Shown here: positions 47,891-60,490 of the stretch, piece after piece
Numbering within the stretch: the stretch's first letter is position 1
Layout: each line of letters opens with the position of its first letter
NCBI GenBank assembly: GCA_013239625.1
Contig: MU054391.1
Coordinates: 3,563,130-3,627,129, forward strand
Length of the DNA stretch: 64,000 nt
Reading direction: 5' to 3'
Source: Lama guanicoe
Lineage: Eukaryota
Notes under the pieces: model-generated
Seen by the model: the letters and a program-made list of their open reading frames with translations, nothing else
Database searches by the model: none
Told to the model about the DNA's origin: nothing
Made by a program: the position numbers and the translations under genes

Positions 47891-49658
47891 AATGGATAAG
47901 GAGAATGTGGCATGTATTTTATAGGCACTACGTTAGCACTGCTTGTTTGAAAAACTAGGGGAGGGAGGAATATTAAAAAAAAAAAAACCCTTTGGATCAA
48001 ATACCAAAAGTGATTCAAGACAGCTTGTGGGTGTGACAGCCTACACTTGCCAGCGCAGGCAGGACATTAATCCCTGTTCATTGGCAGGACTATGGCATCC
48101 AGTCCACTTGATTCTATAGTCACATTTTAAGAGCATTAGACCCTTGATTCATATAGTGAATGAGTCTTCCCCTGATTCTCGGTCGTCAACCCCACTGTCT
48201 CGACATGCTTCAGAGTACAAGGGAATTGCAGGCGGGAGTTTTGTGACATTTCCTTTGACAAATGATTGTTTCCAGAGCGCCCAGCTCAGTGAAAGCTTGT
48301 TCCAAGATAATGAGTTTCAGGTGTACACAAATTGGTAGCAGCCCCCGTCCTGCCCACATTTGCCACAGTGTCATTGTAGACCCTGGGCTGGGCACCACAG
48401 TGAAGCCAGCTGGCAGCCCTCAAAGATGCCAGCAGGGTAGGTCACACTCGGAACACAAGTTCACTTCTCTCATAAATGAGGACTGAGGCAGGTTAATCTC
48501 TGCCTTTTGTTCATCCACTCATTGTGCTAAAAAGGAAAAGATAACACATGATGCATTGAATAAAAACTCATGATGTTCAAGACCCAGTGTGGTTCCGTGC
48601 TGTGGGGCATCCCGGGGCGGTGACCGCCGCGCACAGTGCGCTGGGACTCGGCTCTGAGTGACTCGCCCGACGCATCCCTTGGGTTTCTGTTTGTTCTGCT
48701 CTGAGCGTGAGCAGCAAGCGGTTTGCTGGCCACTTCCCTGCCTTTGGCCTCACCTTGCTTACTGCCCAAGCCTGACGGGGTGCACCAGGCGCTCTGCTGC
48801 GACCTTCCTCCAGGACCGCGAGCACAGCCCGTGAGAAGGACGTCAGACGCACAGCGCGGCCCGCCGTGTGAGAGTGCCCGCACAGCCGCGGCCCTGAGGA
48901 CGGGCCGGCGCCCCACCCGGAGGCCATCAGTCCACAGAGTGGCCACCAGCCTAGAGTCCAGTCACGCTGACAGCGATTCAGAGCATCAGTCAAATCCGCC
49001 CTCACGACGTCTGCCTAAACCTTGGCACTTTGTAACCAGGGCAGAAAATGAAGGAGTCCCAGTGAGAAGCTTTAAAGGGGAGACCTGTGCTGTGGGTCCG
49101 TGTCCCAGGCAGCAGAATCAGGGCCCCAGGAAGACCTCGTCCCCTTGCGGCTGCAGACCACCAGCGCAGCTGGACCCTAAGTCTCCCTCCAGGTCACGCC
49201 CCAGACGTGCAGCCGGTTTAGTCTTCCTCATTTTCCCTTATCTCTACAACAAGGTCAAGTTTTCTATGTTACCCACGAAATTCTGAGTTTGTCGGTTTCT
49301 TTCTGGTCACGACCTTGACTCCTCTCAGTCTCATTTCTCACGGTCCCCCAGCAGTGCCACATTCACTGAGTTTCTTAGAGTAAGAAACAGCTCGCCTGCT
49401 CTCCGCTCCCCCAGGCTGCTCTTTGGAGATGCTCACGTTCCACACAACCTGGGCACCTGGTCCCTCACCAGGAACCAGACACATCCCCCAGCGGCTCCTG
49501 CATCCAGCGTGTGCTGAAGGTGGGACCCGAAGATCTCTAAGGTTCTGATTCATTTACCGCCACACACCTAGAACACCTAGGAGCACTGGGCGGTTCGGTG
49601 GGAAGCCACCTCGCCACTAATAACTGGGGAAACAGAAGACCCTCAAATGACTGCACTT

Positions 49659-49792
49659 GCAGAGGTGGAGCACGGCTCAGTGGCAGCGCACATGCTTAGT
49701 ATGCAAGAAGTCCTGTGTTCGATCCCCAGGACCTCCATTAAAAAATACATACACACACACACACACACACACCTAATTACTCCCCAGAAGGT
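49659..49792 (+). mobile_element. tRNA-derived SINE, camelid Vic-1 type
   Basis: A-box-like CGGCTCAGTGG (49673-49683), B-box GTTCGATCC (49717-49725), body 'catgcttagtatgcaagaagtcctg...acctccattaaaaaa', (CA)n, tail 'cctaattactcccc'. TSD core ACTGCACTT at 49650-49658 and 49793-49801. Confidence 0.85.
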
Positions 49793-49859
49793 ACTGCACT
49801 TCTGTCTTCTCTGATGTCTAGATTTCCTTGGAGATTCATGGCTTCTGGCCACCAACTTC

Positions 49860-49985
49860 ATACAGTGGCAAGACCAGTGGACTGGGAGTCAGAAGCTGAT
49901 TCTAGAACCTAGATTGGCCACTTTATGGCCTGGGGATATATTTAATATTGTTGGGCCTCAAATATCTCAGATGCAAACTGGGAGT
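49860..49985 (+). mobile_element. MIR SINE fragment
   Basis: 'tacagtggcaagaccagtggactgggagtcagaagctgattctag...gggcctcaaatatctcagatgcaaactggg'. Confidence 0.6.
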
Positions 49986-52900
49986 GTACCCAGAGCACTA
50001 TGGTATCGAAGTAAGAGCTAATTCAGCGCTACGTGGCAGTTCTTAAATGTGGTGAACGTAGACGCATCGTTTTCAAAACCTTGCCTAAAACCTCCAGTGG
50101 TTCCCTTGAGTTCATTCTTTAAGATGTTAATATAATTTTTCGAGGCAGATACACATGTTACAGAACTCTGGGAACATTACTTTAAAGCTAGCTATTTTTT
50201 CAGCTTCACTGTCTGCATGTGAGGGGTGACAACATAATTTATCTCAGTGGGAGGACTGAGCGTTCATTTGGGAAAATACTTTAACGGCCTTTGGTTATAT
50301 AAAGATCTTAAGCAACTGAGCCAAGCATAGAAGGCAACTGAAGAAAAAAGAAAAGAGAAAGAGCAATTATTGCACAGATCACTCTTTCCTGAGGGGTAGG
50401 AGCGAGGGGACAGACACATCACTGCAGAGATTCTATTTTGGTCTGTAACGATTTTCCTGTCTTCCTCTGGTATATGTGAGAGAAGGTGGATGAGGGACCT
50501 GGAGCCAGGGAAAGAGTGAAGGCAGGAATGGGGTCTCTGTTCTGAGGAAGGAATCCAAGCCACAGACTGGTAGCCAAGAAGGATGTCAGATGTCAGCCCC
50601 TGGAGACCCTCAAGGAAAGAGCATGCTCGACAGATTTTGCTTTTTCATTTTTTATTTTTTAATTTTTAAAATCCAGCTATGAAGTGCAGCTTTGTTAATC
50701 ATTGTAGCATCCCAGCTTTGTGGAGCAGAGCGAGAGGATGGGTCTGCATCCGTGCCTGAGACAAGGCCACGGGAAGGCGCACCCTTCCTTTCCGCCTAGC
50801 GACCCTGAGGCCCCTGGAGAAGGCGGCAGCTCTGTGTCCCGGGTGCGGGGGGTCCCCAGGGGCAAGTTCGCAGGAGTGACGCCAGGAGCTCGTGCACAGA
50901 ATGAAATGTGACAAGATGAGAAAGGTGAAACTGAGGGATTCAAAGTCCTGGCAGTTTTCAGAAAAACGGAGGAAGGCACCCCAATACAAGCAGGTGCCGA
51001 GCTCAGATGCTTTACTGAACATGAACACATCCCTGAGGTCCCAGAGATCCAGCCAACTTGGGCCTGTCTTTACATCCCCAGAGGTGGAAGTCTTACCAGC
51101 GAGACAAGGCAACACGATGTCTTGAAAAGGAGAGCTGGCTTTGAGCCCCTGTGGCCTTGGGTAAGTTGCTTCTATTCTGGGACTCAGTTTCCTCAACAGT
51201 ATCCTCGGGGGTTCCTGTGAGAGGCGGGGGCAGGGGCGGGTCTGTGAAGAACTTGGACATACTCAGCGAAGGGCAGCCGCTGCTGGGCGTGAGGAGGGGC
51301 ACGCACGCCCCGCGCCTGCTGGAGCTGCTAGCCATCCCGGGAGGCAAACGTGGAGGGTTCGTTTTGAGACGCACTTATGCCTGAAGCGCAGGCTTCTGGA
51401 GGGCAGTGCCGGCCTCACCTACGTTGTGCTGAGGGGTTAATATGAGGCGATGGTTTCCACCTATAAATCCCATTAAGTTTGAATCCCAGTTACTCCACGG
51501 TAACGCATAAGAAACCAGGTTGCCGTGGCAACTTCACTCTGACACTCACCCCCGTCCTAGACCCCAGCGCCGGGGCTCCAGACGCAGTGCCTTCCCCGGG
51601 CTTCATTCTTCAGCCGGGATTCTCTTCCCCTTGCAGCATCCAGAGACTCGCGTGCGGGAGACTGTGGGGCAGAGATTACCTTGTTAGATTGGCCCAACGT
51701 TAGGTGGTGACTAGAAATCTAATAGACAGATATATGTCATATTAGGCAATTTTACACTGAAAAATTCTATATATCCCAACGCTTTTAGTAATGACTATGT
51801 TTTAATCTAATCGTTGGAGGCAAACACAGGGATAATCTTCAAGCATATTTCCCTTGACGACTGTGTGGTATCCACTCTGCCCTGTTCTAAATAAAACCCT
51901 TTCATCATCTGGTTCAAAGCTCTAGTTTCAGCATTCAGCAAATAAAACACACCTCCCTCACTTGAGAACTCTCTCACTGAATTTAGCTCGGATGCACGTT
52001 TCAGATCCCCGCTTGTGCAACATGATTACCTGTGTTATTGTAAGGTGCACAGATGTCCCAAACGATTTGAATTGTGACTTCTACACAAAGAGAAAGATAC
52101 TTCATCATGAGACCTTTCAGAGAGATTAGAGGATCCAAATTGTTTACCCTGTTGGCCAGATTATGACAGCAAAAGAACTGTATGCTTTTGTACGCTTTTC
52201 GAGCTATAGTTTTTCTCTCTTTTCTTTTTTTTTTTTTGACACTTTTGCTTCTTTTCCTATATTTGTTGTGTTCAAAGAGCACAGAGTTTTAGATGCAGGG
52301 ACAGAACTCCTGGCTTTTAGATTGACAGACATCAGGACTCATCTGCTGACATGAGGCGGAGACATCATAATTGCTGCGTGGCCCTGGCACTTTCTTGATC
52401 TTTCTGCTTTCAAGCACCATTTACCACTTTATCTAAGGACACGCTTCTTCCTGGGGAATATGTTGCTAAAATTTCCAAGGGTGTAAAATGACCTTCAGCC
52501 GTGTGGACACGTTCTTACAGATCCTGCCTGGAAATTCATTTAAAAGGAAAATCATTAGGCTCCGTCAGCCTTTCTTGCTTGTTTGTTTTTTGAATTTCCA
52601 ATACACAATAAATAAATTTCATTTACTTACTTAATGTAAGTATGTCACATGTAATTTGGGACAAATTTGCATGGGACATGGCTGTGTCATTCGCATCATA
52701 TAATTATCAAACCCAGCTGAGAAAGGAAACATTGAAAATGTTATTGCATGTTTAATAAACATAATTTGTAAAACATTCTTAAAAAGAACAATGAACTTAA
52801 TACTCAGAATAACTAGCCAGGAAGGTATGGTTGTTATCTCTGTTCTGCAAATGAAGAGAGTAGATTTCAGGAATGTTCTGAAGATTTTGGAATTCATAGA

Positions 52901-53324
52901 GCCAATAAATAATGGCAGACCCAGGACCAAATATCCTTTGGTTGTATCAGTGTCTTCATCAGACGCTGCTGAGATCCTAGTGCACGCCAGAGAGGTCAGC
53001 CTCCTTGCTAGGGTCGAGATTCCCTGCCCCACTCTTTAGGGAGATTGTGTCACAAGGCAGACAAAAACATTAGCCAAGAAATCACCGTATTGTGTGACGC
53101 ATGCTGCAAAAAGAGCGTTCATCTCTCTGGGAGACTAGGGAAAGCTCCCAGGAGGGTACTTTGCCTGATCTCGGGTTGAAAGGATGCTACTGTCTCGTGG
53201 ACTAGCGAGGCTAGTGGGAGAAGCACACTTAACCATAAGGACTAGCACAGGAAGAGCCATGGGAGCCGGGAGCTGACTCACATGCTCGTGGATGACGGGG
53301 TTGAGACAACGGGAGTCCACCTTA

Positions 53325-56300
53325 TTATTCACTCTTGGTGTTGTACACTCTGTAGGTCTTGGCAAGCTTCTAACAGCACGTATCCACCATTACAATATCA
53401 TAAAGGGTATTTTCACTGCTTTAAAAAAATCCCCTGTACTCTGCCTTTTCATCTTTTGAAATGCATTTCAACAATCACTGAACTTCTTACCATCTCTGTA
53501 CTTTTGACTTTTCCAGAGTGTCATAGAGTTGGAATCATACAGAATGTTGCCTTTTCAACTTGACTTCTTTCACTTAAAAAAATGCATTTAAGGTTTCCCT
53601 GTATTTTTTCATGGCTTAATAGCTTATTTCTTCTTAGTGCTGAATAATATTCCACCGTCTGGATGCACCATGATTTATTGATCCATTCACCTACTGAAGG
53701 ACATCTTGGTTGCTTCCAAGTTTGGCAATTATGAGTGAAGCTGCTATAAACATCCATGTGCAGTTTTTTGTGAGGACGTAAGTTTTCCACTCCTCTGAGT
53801 AAGTACCAGGGAGCACAGCTGTTGGAAAGGATAGTAAAAGTATTTTCAGTTTTGTAAGAAATGGCCAAGCTGTCTTCTAAAGTGGCTGCATCATTTTGCA
53901 TTCCCACCGCAATGAATGAGTGTTCCTGCTGCTCCACACCCTCATCATTGCTTGGCGGTGTCGCTGCTCTGAGTTTTGGCCTTTCTAACAGGTGCGCAGT
54001 GATGTCTCACTGATGTTCTAATTTGAATGTCCCTGAGGACGTAGGATATGAGGCATGCTTGTTTGCCATCTGTATATTTTCTTTGGTGTGGTGCCTGTTA
54101 AGGTCTTGGTCCCATTTTTTAATGAGGTTTTTGGCTTTCTTATGGTCAAATTTTAAGGGTTCTTTGTATGTTTGGGATGAAAACATCTTATCTTCTGTGT
54201 GTTTTGCAAATATTTTCTCCCAGTTTTCTAAGTGGCTTGTCTTCTAATTCTCTTGATATTGTCTTTCACAGAGCAGACGTTTTCGATTTTAATTGTCCAA
54301 CTTATCAATTCTTTCCTGGACTGTGTCTTTTGTAAGTTGTATCTAAAAAAGCGTAACCATACCCAAGGTCATCGAGGCTTTATCTGATATGAACTTCTAA
54401 GGGTTTTATTATTTTAAAATATTTTTATCTATTTATTTTTATTGAAGTATAGTCAGTTTACAAAGTTGTGCTAATTTCTGATGCACAGCACAATGATTCA
54501 GTTATAATATATATATATATATATTCCTTTTCATATTCTTTTTCATGGTAAGCTGTTCCAAGGTATTGAATACAGTTCCCTGCGCGACACCTTGCGCGAC
54601 CTTGCAGTTCATCTGTTTTAGCATAGCAGTGTGTATCTGCAAATCCTGGGCTCCAACGTCATCCCTCCACGCCCGCCTTCCCCTCTGGTAACCGTAAGTT
54701 TGTTGACTGTGTCTGTGAATCTGTTTCTCTTTGGTAAATAAGCTCATTTGTGTCATTTTGGGGGGATTACACATAAAAGTCATACTATATGGTATTTGAG
54801 GGTTTTATAATGTGAGGTTTTGGAGCCATGATTCATTTGTAGTTCATTTTTGTAAAGGGTGTGATGTCTGTGTCTACGTTTACTTTTTTGCATGTGGATC
54901 TCCAGGTGTTACAGCACCTTGCTGGAGAGACTGTCTTCCCTCCTTTGTTTTGCCTTTGCTTCTTTGCCAAAGTTGTGCTGACTGTTTAAGGAGGTCGATT
55001 CTGGGGTTCTCTGCTCCATCCCATGGATCTATTCCTCTGTTCTTTCACCAGTGCTGCGCTGTCTTGACCACGTAGCTTTATCGTTTTTCTTGAAGTCAGG
55101 CAATGCCAGTCCTCCAACTTTGTTCTTCTCATTCAACACTGTGTTGGTTATTCTGGGTCTGCTGGCTCTCCATCTAAACTTTAGAATTAGTTTGTTCATA
55201 TCCATAAAATAACTTCTTGAGATTTTGTCTGGGACTGGCTGAGAAGAACTGATATACAGACAATGTTAAGTCTTCCTGTCCATGAACATGGAATATCTGT
55301 TTAGTTCTATTTTATTTCATTACAGTTTTGTAGTTTTCATCACATAGATCTTGTACACGTTTTATGCCTTAGTATTTCATTTAAGAGGAGTAGTACTGTA
55401 AATGGTGTTATGTTTTTCATTTCAAATTCCACTTATTCGTTGTTGCTATACAGGAAAGCAATCGACATTTGTATATTGACTTTTTATTCTGCAGCCTTCC
55501 TATTATCCCTTATTTGTTGTAGGAGACTTTTTCAGATTTTCTACATAGATGATCACATTATCTGTGAACAGACAATTTTATGTTTCCTTCCCAACCTGTA
55601 CACCTTTTATTTCCTTTCCTTGCCTATTGCTGTAGGTAGGATTCACAGCATGATGTTAAAAGGAGTGGTGAGAGGGGACGCCCTTGCCTTGTACCTGATC
55701 TTAGTGGGAAAGCTTGAGATTTTCACCATTAAGTATAATGTTCTCTGTAGGTTTTTTGTAGATAGTTTTTAGCAAGTTGAGAAAGTTCCCCTCTGTTCTT
55801 AGTGTATTGAGTTTTGATCATGACTGTGTGTTAGATTTTTTTAATGCTTTATATACATTTATTGATTTGATCATGTGATTCTTCTCTTTCTGTCTTTTGA
55901 CATGATGAATTACATCAACTGTTTTTCAAATGTTGTACCATCCATGTATAACTGGGATGAATCCTACTGTCAGGGAGTACAATTTTTTTATGCCTTTGCA
56001 TTTGATGCCAATTTTTGTTAAGAATTTCTGCATCTATCTCCATGAGACATATTGGTCTATAACTTTTTTTCTTGTAATGTCTTTGTCTGGTTTTGCTGCT
56101 AGTGTGATGCTGATCTCATTGAAGAAATTAGTAAGTATTACCTCTGCTGCTACCTTCTTAAAGAGATGACAGAGAATTGATTTAATTTCTTTCTTACATA
56201 TGTGGTAGAATTAACTTGTAAACCTATCTGGACCTGGTGTTTTCTGTTTTGAAACTTCATTGGTTATTGATACAATTTATTTCATAGGTACAGGTATATT

Positions 56301-57440
56301 CAGATCATCTGTTTATTCCTGTGTGAGATTTGCAGATTGCATCTTTCAAGAAGTTGATCCATTCCATTTATGTTATCAAATTTATGGGCATAGAGTTTTT
56401 ATATTATTCCATCATTATTCTTCTAATTGCTATGGGGTCTTTGGTGATGCCCCCTCTTTCATGTCTGATATTAGTAATTGTGTCTTCTCTCTTTTTTTCT
56501 TAGTTAGCCTGGCTAGAGGCCTATCAATTTTATTGACCTTTTCAAAGAAACATCTTTTGGTTTTGCTATTTTCTCTATTGATTTCCTGCTTTTAATTTCA
56601 TTGATTTGTGCTTTAATTGTTCTCATTACCTTTCTTCTGCTTACATGAGGTTTAATTTGTTCTTTTACTTTCTAGTTTTCTAAGGAACTTAGATTATTGA
56701 TTTTAGATCTTTCTTTTCTAACATGTGCATTCAATACTACAGATTTTCCCCCTAAGCCCTGCTTTTTACTGCAACCCACAAATTTTGATAATTTGTGTTT
56801 TTATTTTTATTTAGTTAAAAACTACTTTTAATTCCTCTTGAGATATCTCCTTTCACCCATGTTTTATTTAGAAATGTATTCTTTAATCTCAGTACATTTG
56901 GGGATTTTAGCATTATATTTCTGTTATTGATTTCTAGTTTCACTGTGGTCTGAGAGTGACTTGTATGATTTCTATTCTTTTAATTCTGTTAAGATGTGTT
57001 TCAAGATCCAGAATTTTGTCTATTTTGGTTAATATTCTATGTGAGGTTCAGAAATATGCATATTCTGCTGTTGGATGAAATAGTCTATAGATGTCAATTA
57101 TATCCAGTTGATTGATGTTGGTGCTAAATTCACCTGTGTTCTTACACAAATCCTCTTTGCTGGATCTGTCCATTTCTGAGAGAGGGATGTTGAAATCTAC
57201 AACTACGAGTAAATTCATCTATTTACCCTTGAAGTTCTATCAGTTTTTGCCTCAAATATTTGCCTCTGTTTTAGGTGTATACATGTTTAGAGTTGTCATG
57301 TCTTCATGAAGAATTGACTTCTTTTCTATCGTGTGATAACTTTATTCCTGATAACTCCTCACTTTGGAGTCTGTCCTGTCTGAAATTAATACAGCTACTC
57401 TTTATTTCTTTTGATCAGTATTAGCATGATATATCTTTCA
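53325..57440 (-). mobile_element. Old eutherian L1 (L1MC1/L1MB-like), about 4 kb of decayed ORF2 plus 3'UTR
   Basis: Continuous T-rich L1 homology; the ORF track shows '...TWKQPRCPSVGEWINKSWCIQTVEYYSALRRN...' at 53521-53937. Confidence 0.92.
54413..54798 (-). mobile_element. Younger L1 3' end nested in the old L1
   Basis: 'attgaagtatagtcagtttaca...ggtaaccgtaagtttg...catactatatggtatttg'; TSD AGGGTTTTATTAT (54400-54412) and AGGGTTTTATAAT (54799-54811). Confidence 0.9.
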
Positions 57441-57444
57441 CCAC

Positions 57445-57522
57445 AGTCGATCACTCTGCTGTACACCAGAAATTAGCACAACATCGTAAATTGACTATAT
57501 TTAAAAAAAAATAAAAATAAAA
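57445..57522 (+). mobile_element. Short L1 3' tail
   Basis: 'tcactctgctgtacaccagaaattagcacaacatcgtaaattgactatatttaaaaaaaaataaaaataaaa'. Confidence 0.8.
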
Positions 57523-58069
57523 CTTTAAAATGTAAACGTTAAAAGACCGAGCCACACAATGATGAATTTCAGCTGATGACCACATACAAAAGACTCTGAG
57601 CACATTGGCCAAAGTCCTCAAGAATCACATGGATTGTTATGGAAGACTTTCTTTCTTACGAGTTTGGCAACAGAATTATATAGGACATTGCACAGCATGA
57701 CTTCCTAAATAACTTCTCCAGGATGCTCTCTATTTACTCAAAATCTGCACTCACAAGGCTGGTGAAACTCCATCTGCTCTCCCCATGGTTGTCTCAGTGC
57801 CCAGCCTGCTCCTCCCAATGCTTTTTCCCGTCTTGCCACCTCATCTTCCCTCTCTGAAGGTTGGAACTCCTAAAATTGACTATTTTCTTGAGATGGGTTC
57901 TTCCACTAGACTGCTAGTGAATCTTCCAATATAATAAATGAATGACACTTTTATTAGCATCCTTGTGCCTAAAAGCTTGTCTAAATTTTAGGTTTATCCA
58001 TAGAGTGAAACTCCAGAAGTAAGCTTGCTTGGTCAAATGTTATGAATATCTTTAAGCTTTAAATGGCTA

Positions 58070-58375
58070 CTCATAGGTGCTAGATTATGTCCCCAAGTGC
58101 TATGTTGAAGTACTAACCCCCAATGTAACTTTCTTTGGTCTTTAAAAAGGTAATTCTTACAAGGAGAAGAGATTAGGACACACTGTCACTCACAGAAGAC
58201 CATGTGAGGTCACAGGAGGAACGCAGCTGTGTGCGGGCCAAGGAGAGGAGCCTCAGGGGACACCAGGCCCATCAACACCTTGATTCTGGACTTCTGGCTC
58301 CAGAACCATGAGGAAATGCGTTTTTTATTGCATAAGTCCCCTAGTCTGTCTCGTTGTGGCAGTCCTAGAAAGGTA
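58070..58375 (+). mobile_element. MaLR MLT1(B/C-like) solo LTR
   Basis: 'tatgttgaagtactaacccccaatgt...ccaaggagaggagcctcagggga...caccttgattctggacttctggctccagaaccatgag...gtggcagtcctagaaa'. Confidence 0.85.
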
Positions 58376-60319
58376 GTCCAACTTCTTCTGTCTTTTGAAA
58401 AACTTCCACGGAGATCATCTGTGCCTCCGCCAGCAGCACAGGGGAGCGGCACTCAGCTCCCAGGAAGAGATGCTAAAATCATCCCAAAGCAGTGACTGCC
58501 AGCAGGGCGGCAGGCAGGGCACGGGGCGGCCACATTCCAGCAGCGGCTGGCCGAGCCCCCTGCAAGGAGACTTCTGCAGGCACCAGGCAGAAAGCACTGC
58601 AGGCGGGTCAGTTCAGCCTCGTGGCCGCGGGAAAAACAGCTGGAGCTGCACCCCCCAGAGGGCCTTACCAGGAAAAGGCAGCGGTGGCCAGAGCGGAGCA
58701 GGTCGCTCTGAGCAAGCCAGGCTGGTCTGTGGCCTGATATGGCCTTTTACGTGGCTTTCCTTGAACTTCGCATAACTCATGGGCTGCAGCTCACTTTTAT
58801 TGCCATTGCTCAGGACCAGGCTTCCGGAATCTCCTCTGAGGGCAGCCTCCACAAGGACACCCTGCGAAGTGGTAGGAAGATGCACTCCGGCTTGTGTGAC
58901 AGCCACTGGGAGGGACAGGCTTCTGTAGGTGCCACGAGGCTGCCCGAGGGTTTCTTTTCAGTGTTCCAGCGCTAATACTTAACTCTCTTTGAAATGCTTT
59001 AACAGCACCGACTCAGCTGTAAGTCAGCCCTGCTAAGGAAATCACGCGAACCCGTAACTCCCCACTAAAGCCCTCCTGGGGTGTCTCCCAGCCTCTGGTC
59101 TTGCTCCCTGACCATTTCGTGGTCCAGCGAGCCACTGGAGTTCACAGGCTTGTCGTGTAATTCTTGTTCCTGACCGCCATTGTTTACAATGGTGTTTTAA
59201 AATTTTCTAAATTTAACTATTGTTAAAAATATTTTTGAGTATGCATACTCAATACATGCATACATATCTTTTTCTTAATTCGACATTTACTACTGCATAC
59301 ATATAATATACATTATAAAATGACTCAGAAATTAAAGTGAAGGAAACTTAAAGGCTGAAGTCCAAATCCTTTCACCCTGCATGAAAAACCCCACAAACGA
59401 CACTGTCCTCATGTGAACGCATTCCTTTCTGAGTGCCCAGGAGGGATTTGTTCACACCAGCCTCTTGCCGTTGTCCCCAAGATAATTCTTCACCACCGCT
59501 TTTACTTTGTAAACATTCTTCCCTCTGCCTCGATGGTCTCTCTGTTCCAGCTTCTCACCTTTTAAGATCCAGGTTAACTGTGAACAATGAAAATCACATA
59601 TCCAGGCGACAGGAAAACACAAACACATTACGCTATCGCAGCGCTCACATACACAATACTCTACTAGTCTTTAAAAAGACTTAAGGACGTGCTTTAGTCA
59701 CAAGATAAGTACCCAAATTAAGGACTTAGGAATGGAAAAGCAAAACGATAAGAATTCTTATGAACACTGAAGATAGTTACGTATAAATCTAAGAGTTGTG
59801 GAATTGTTACAGAAGTAACTGTAATTGTTGAGAATTTATTCTTACAAAATATATGAAAATAATAACTAATAACAGGAACATAAGTTCAAAATACCAAACT
59901 CTTTTAGTAGAACTTGTAAGAAGAAGAAGGATCCTGAGGATACCCAATTCTTTATCTAACTGTTAAGGAATTTGAAATAGAAATTAATTTTGAATTTCAC
60001 TAAAAACAGAAATATAACTTCTTAAATTGGAAGGAAATTTAAATGTAACTCCTATTAGTAATTTAAATGACATTTAAATCTTCTCAATTACAAGGTAAAG
60101 TAACACAAACAATATGTACTAGATAGAGCAGAAAATAGGATAGTAGAAATAATAAGAATGCATAAAAATCCACATGAAATAAGGCGACAGAAGTAAAAAC
60201 ATATAAATTGATTATGGCATATATTCAAGTGTTTTGGAATTTTTTGATGGTGTTTGGACAGTATTAGAAATATTAAGTTTAAAAAACATAATACAAATAT
60301 TTCTCAAATAAAACAAATG

Positions 60320-60490
60320 TATAACATATATTTATCACACATATAATATATATAGGTATAATATATAGCCAAGTGAGTTTATACATGTATGTGTTAATGT
60401 GCATATATATAATGATACATAAAACTATATATTGTGCGTGTATAAACATACACACATATGTATATATTTATATACATACATGTACATGTC
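60320..60490. repeat. (TA/CA)-rich low-complexity tract
   Basis: Direct reading. Confidence 0.7.

Noticed and set aside
48527..49286. Overlapping 139-187 aa ORFs
   Set aside because: Expected from stop-poor GC-rich DNA; Arg/Pro/Ala-rich with no recognisable homology.
49661..49740. tRNA gene
   Set aside because: Diverged tRNA-like head followed by a SINE body, tail and TSD; it is a SINE.
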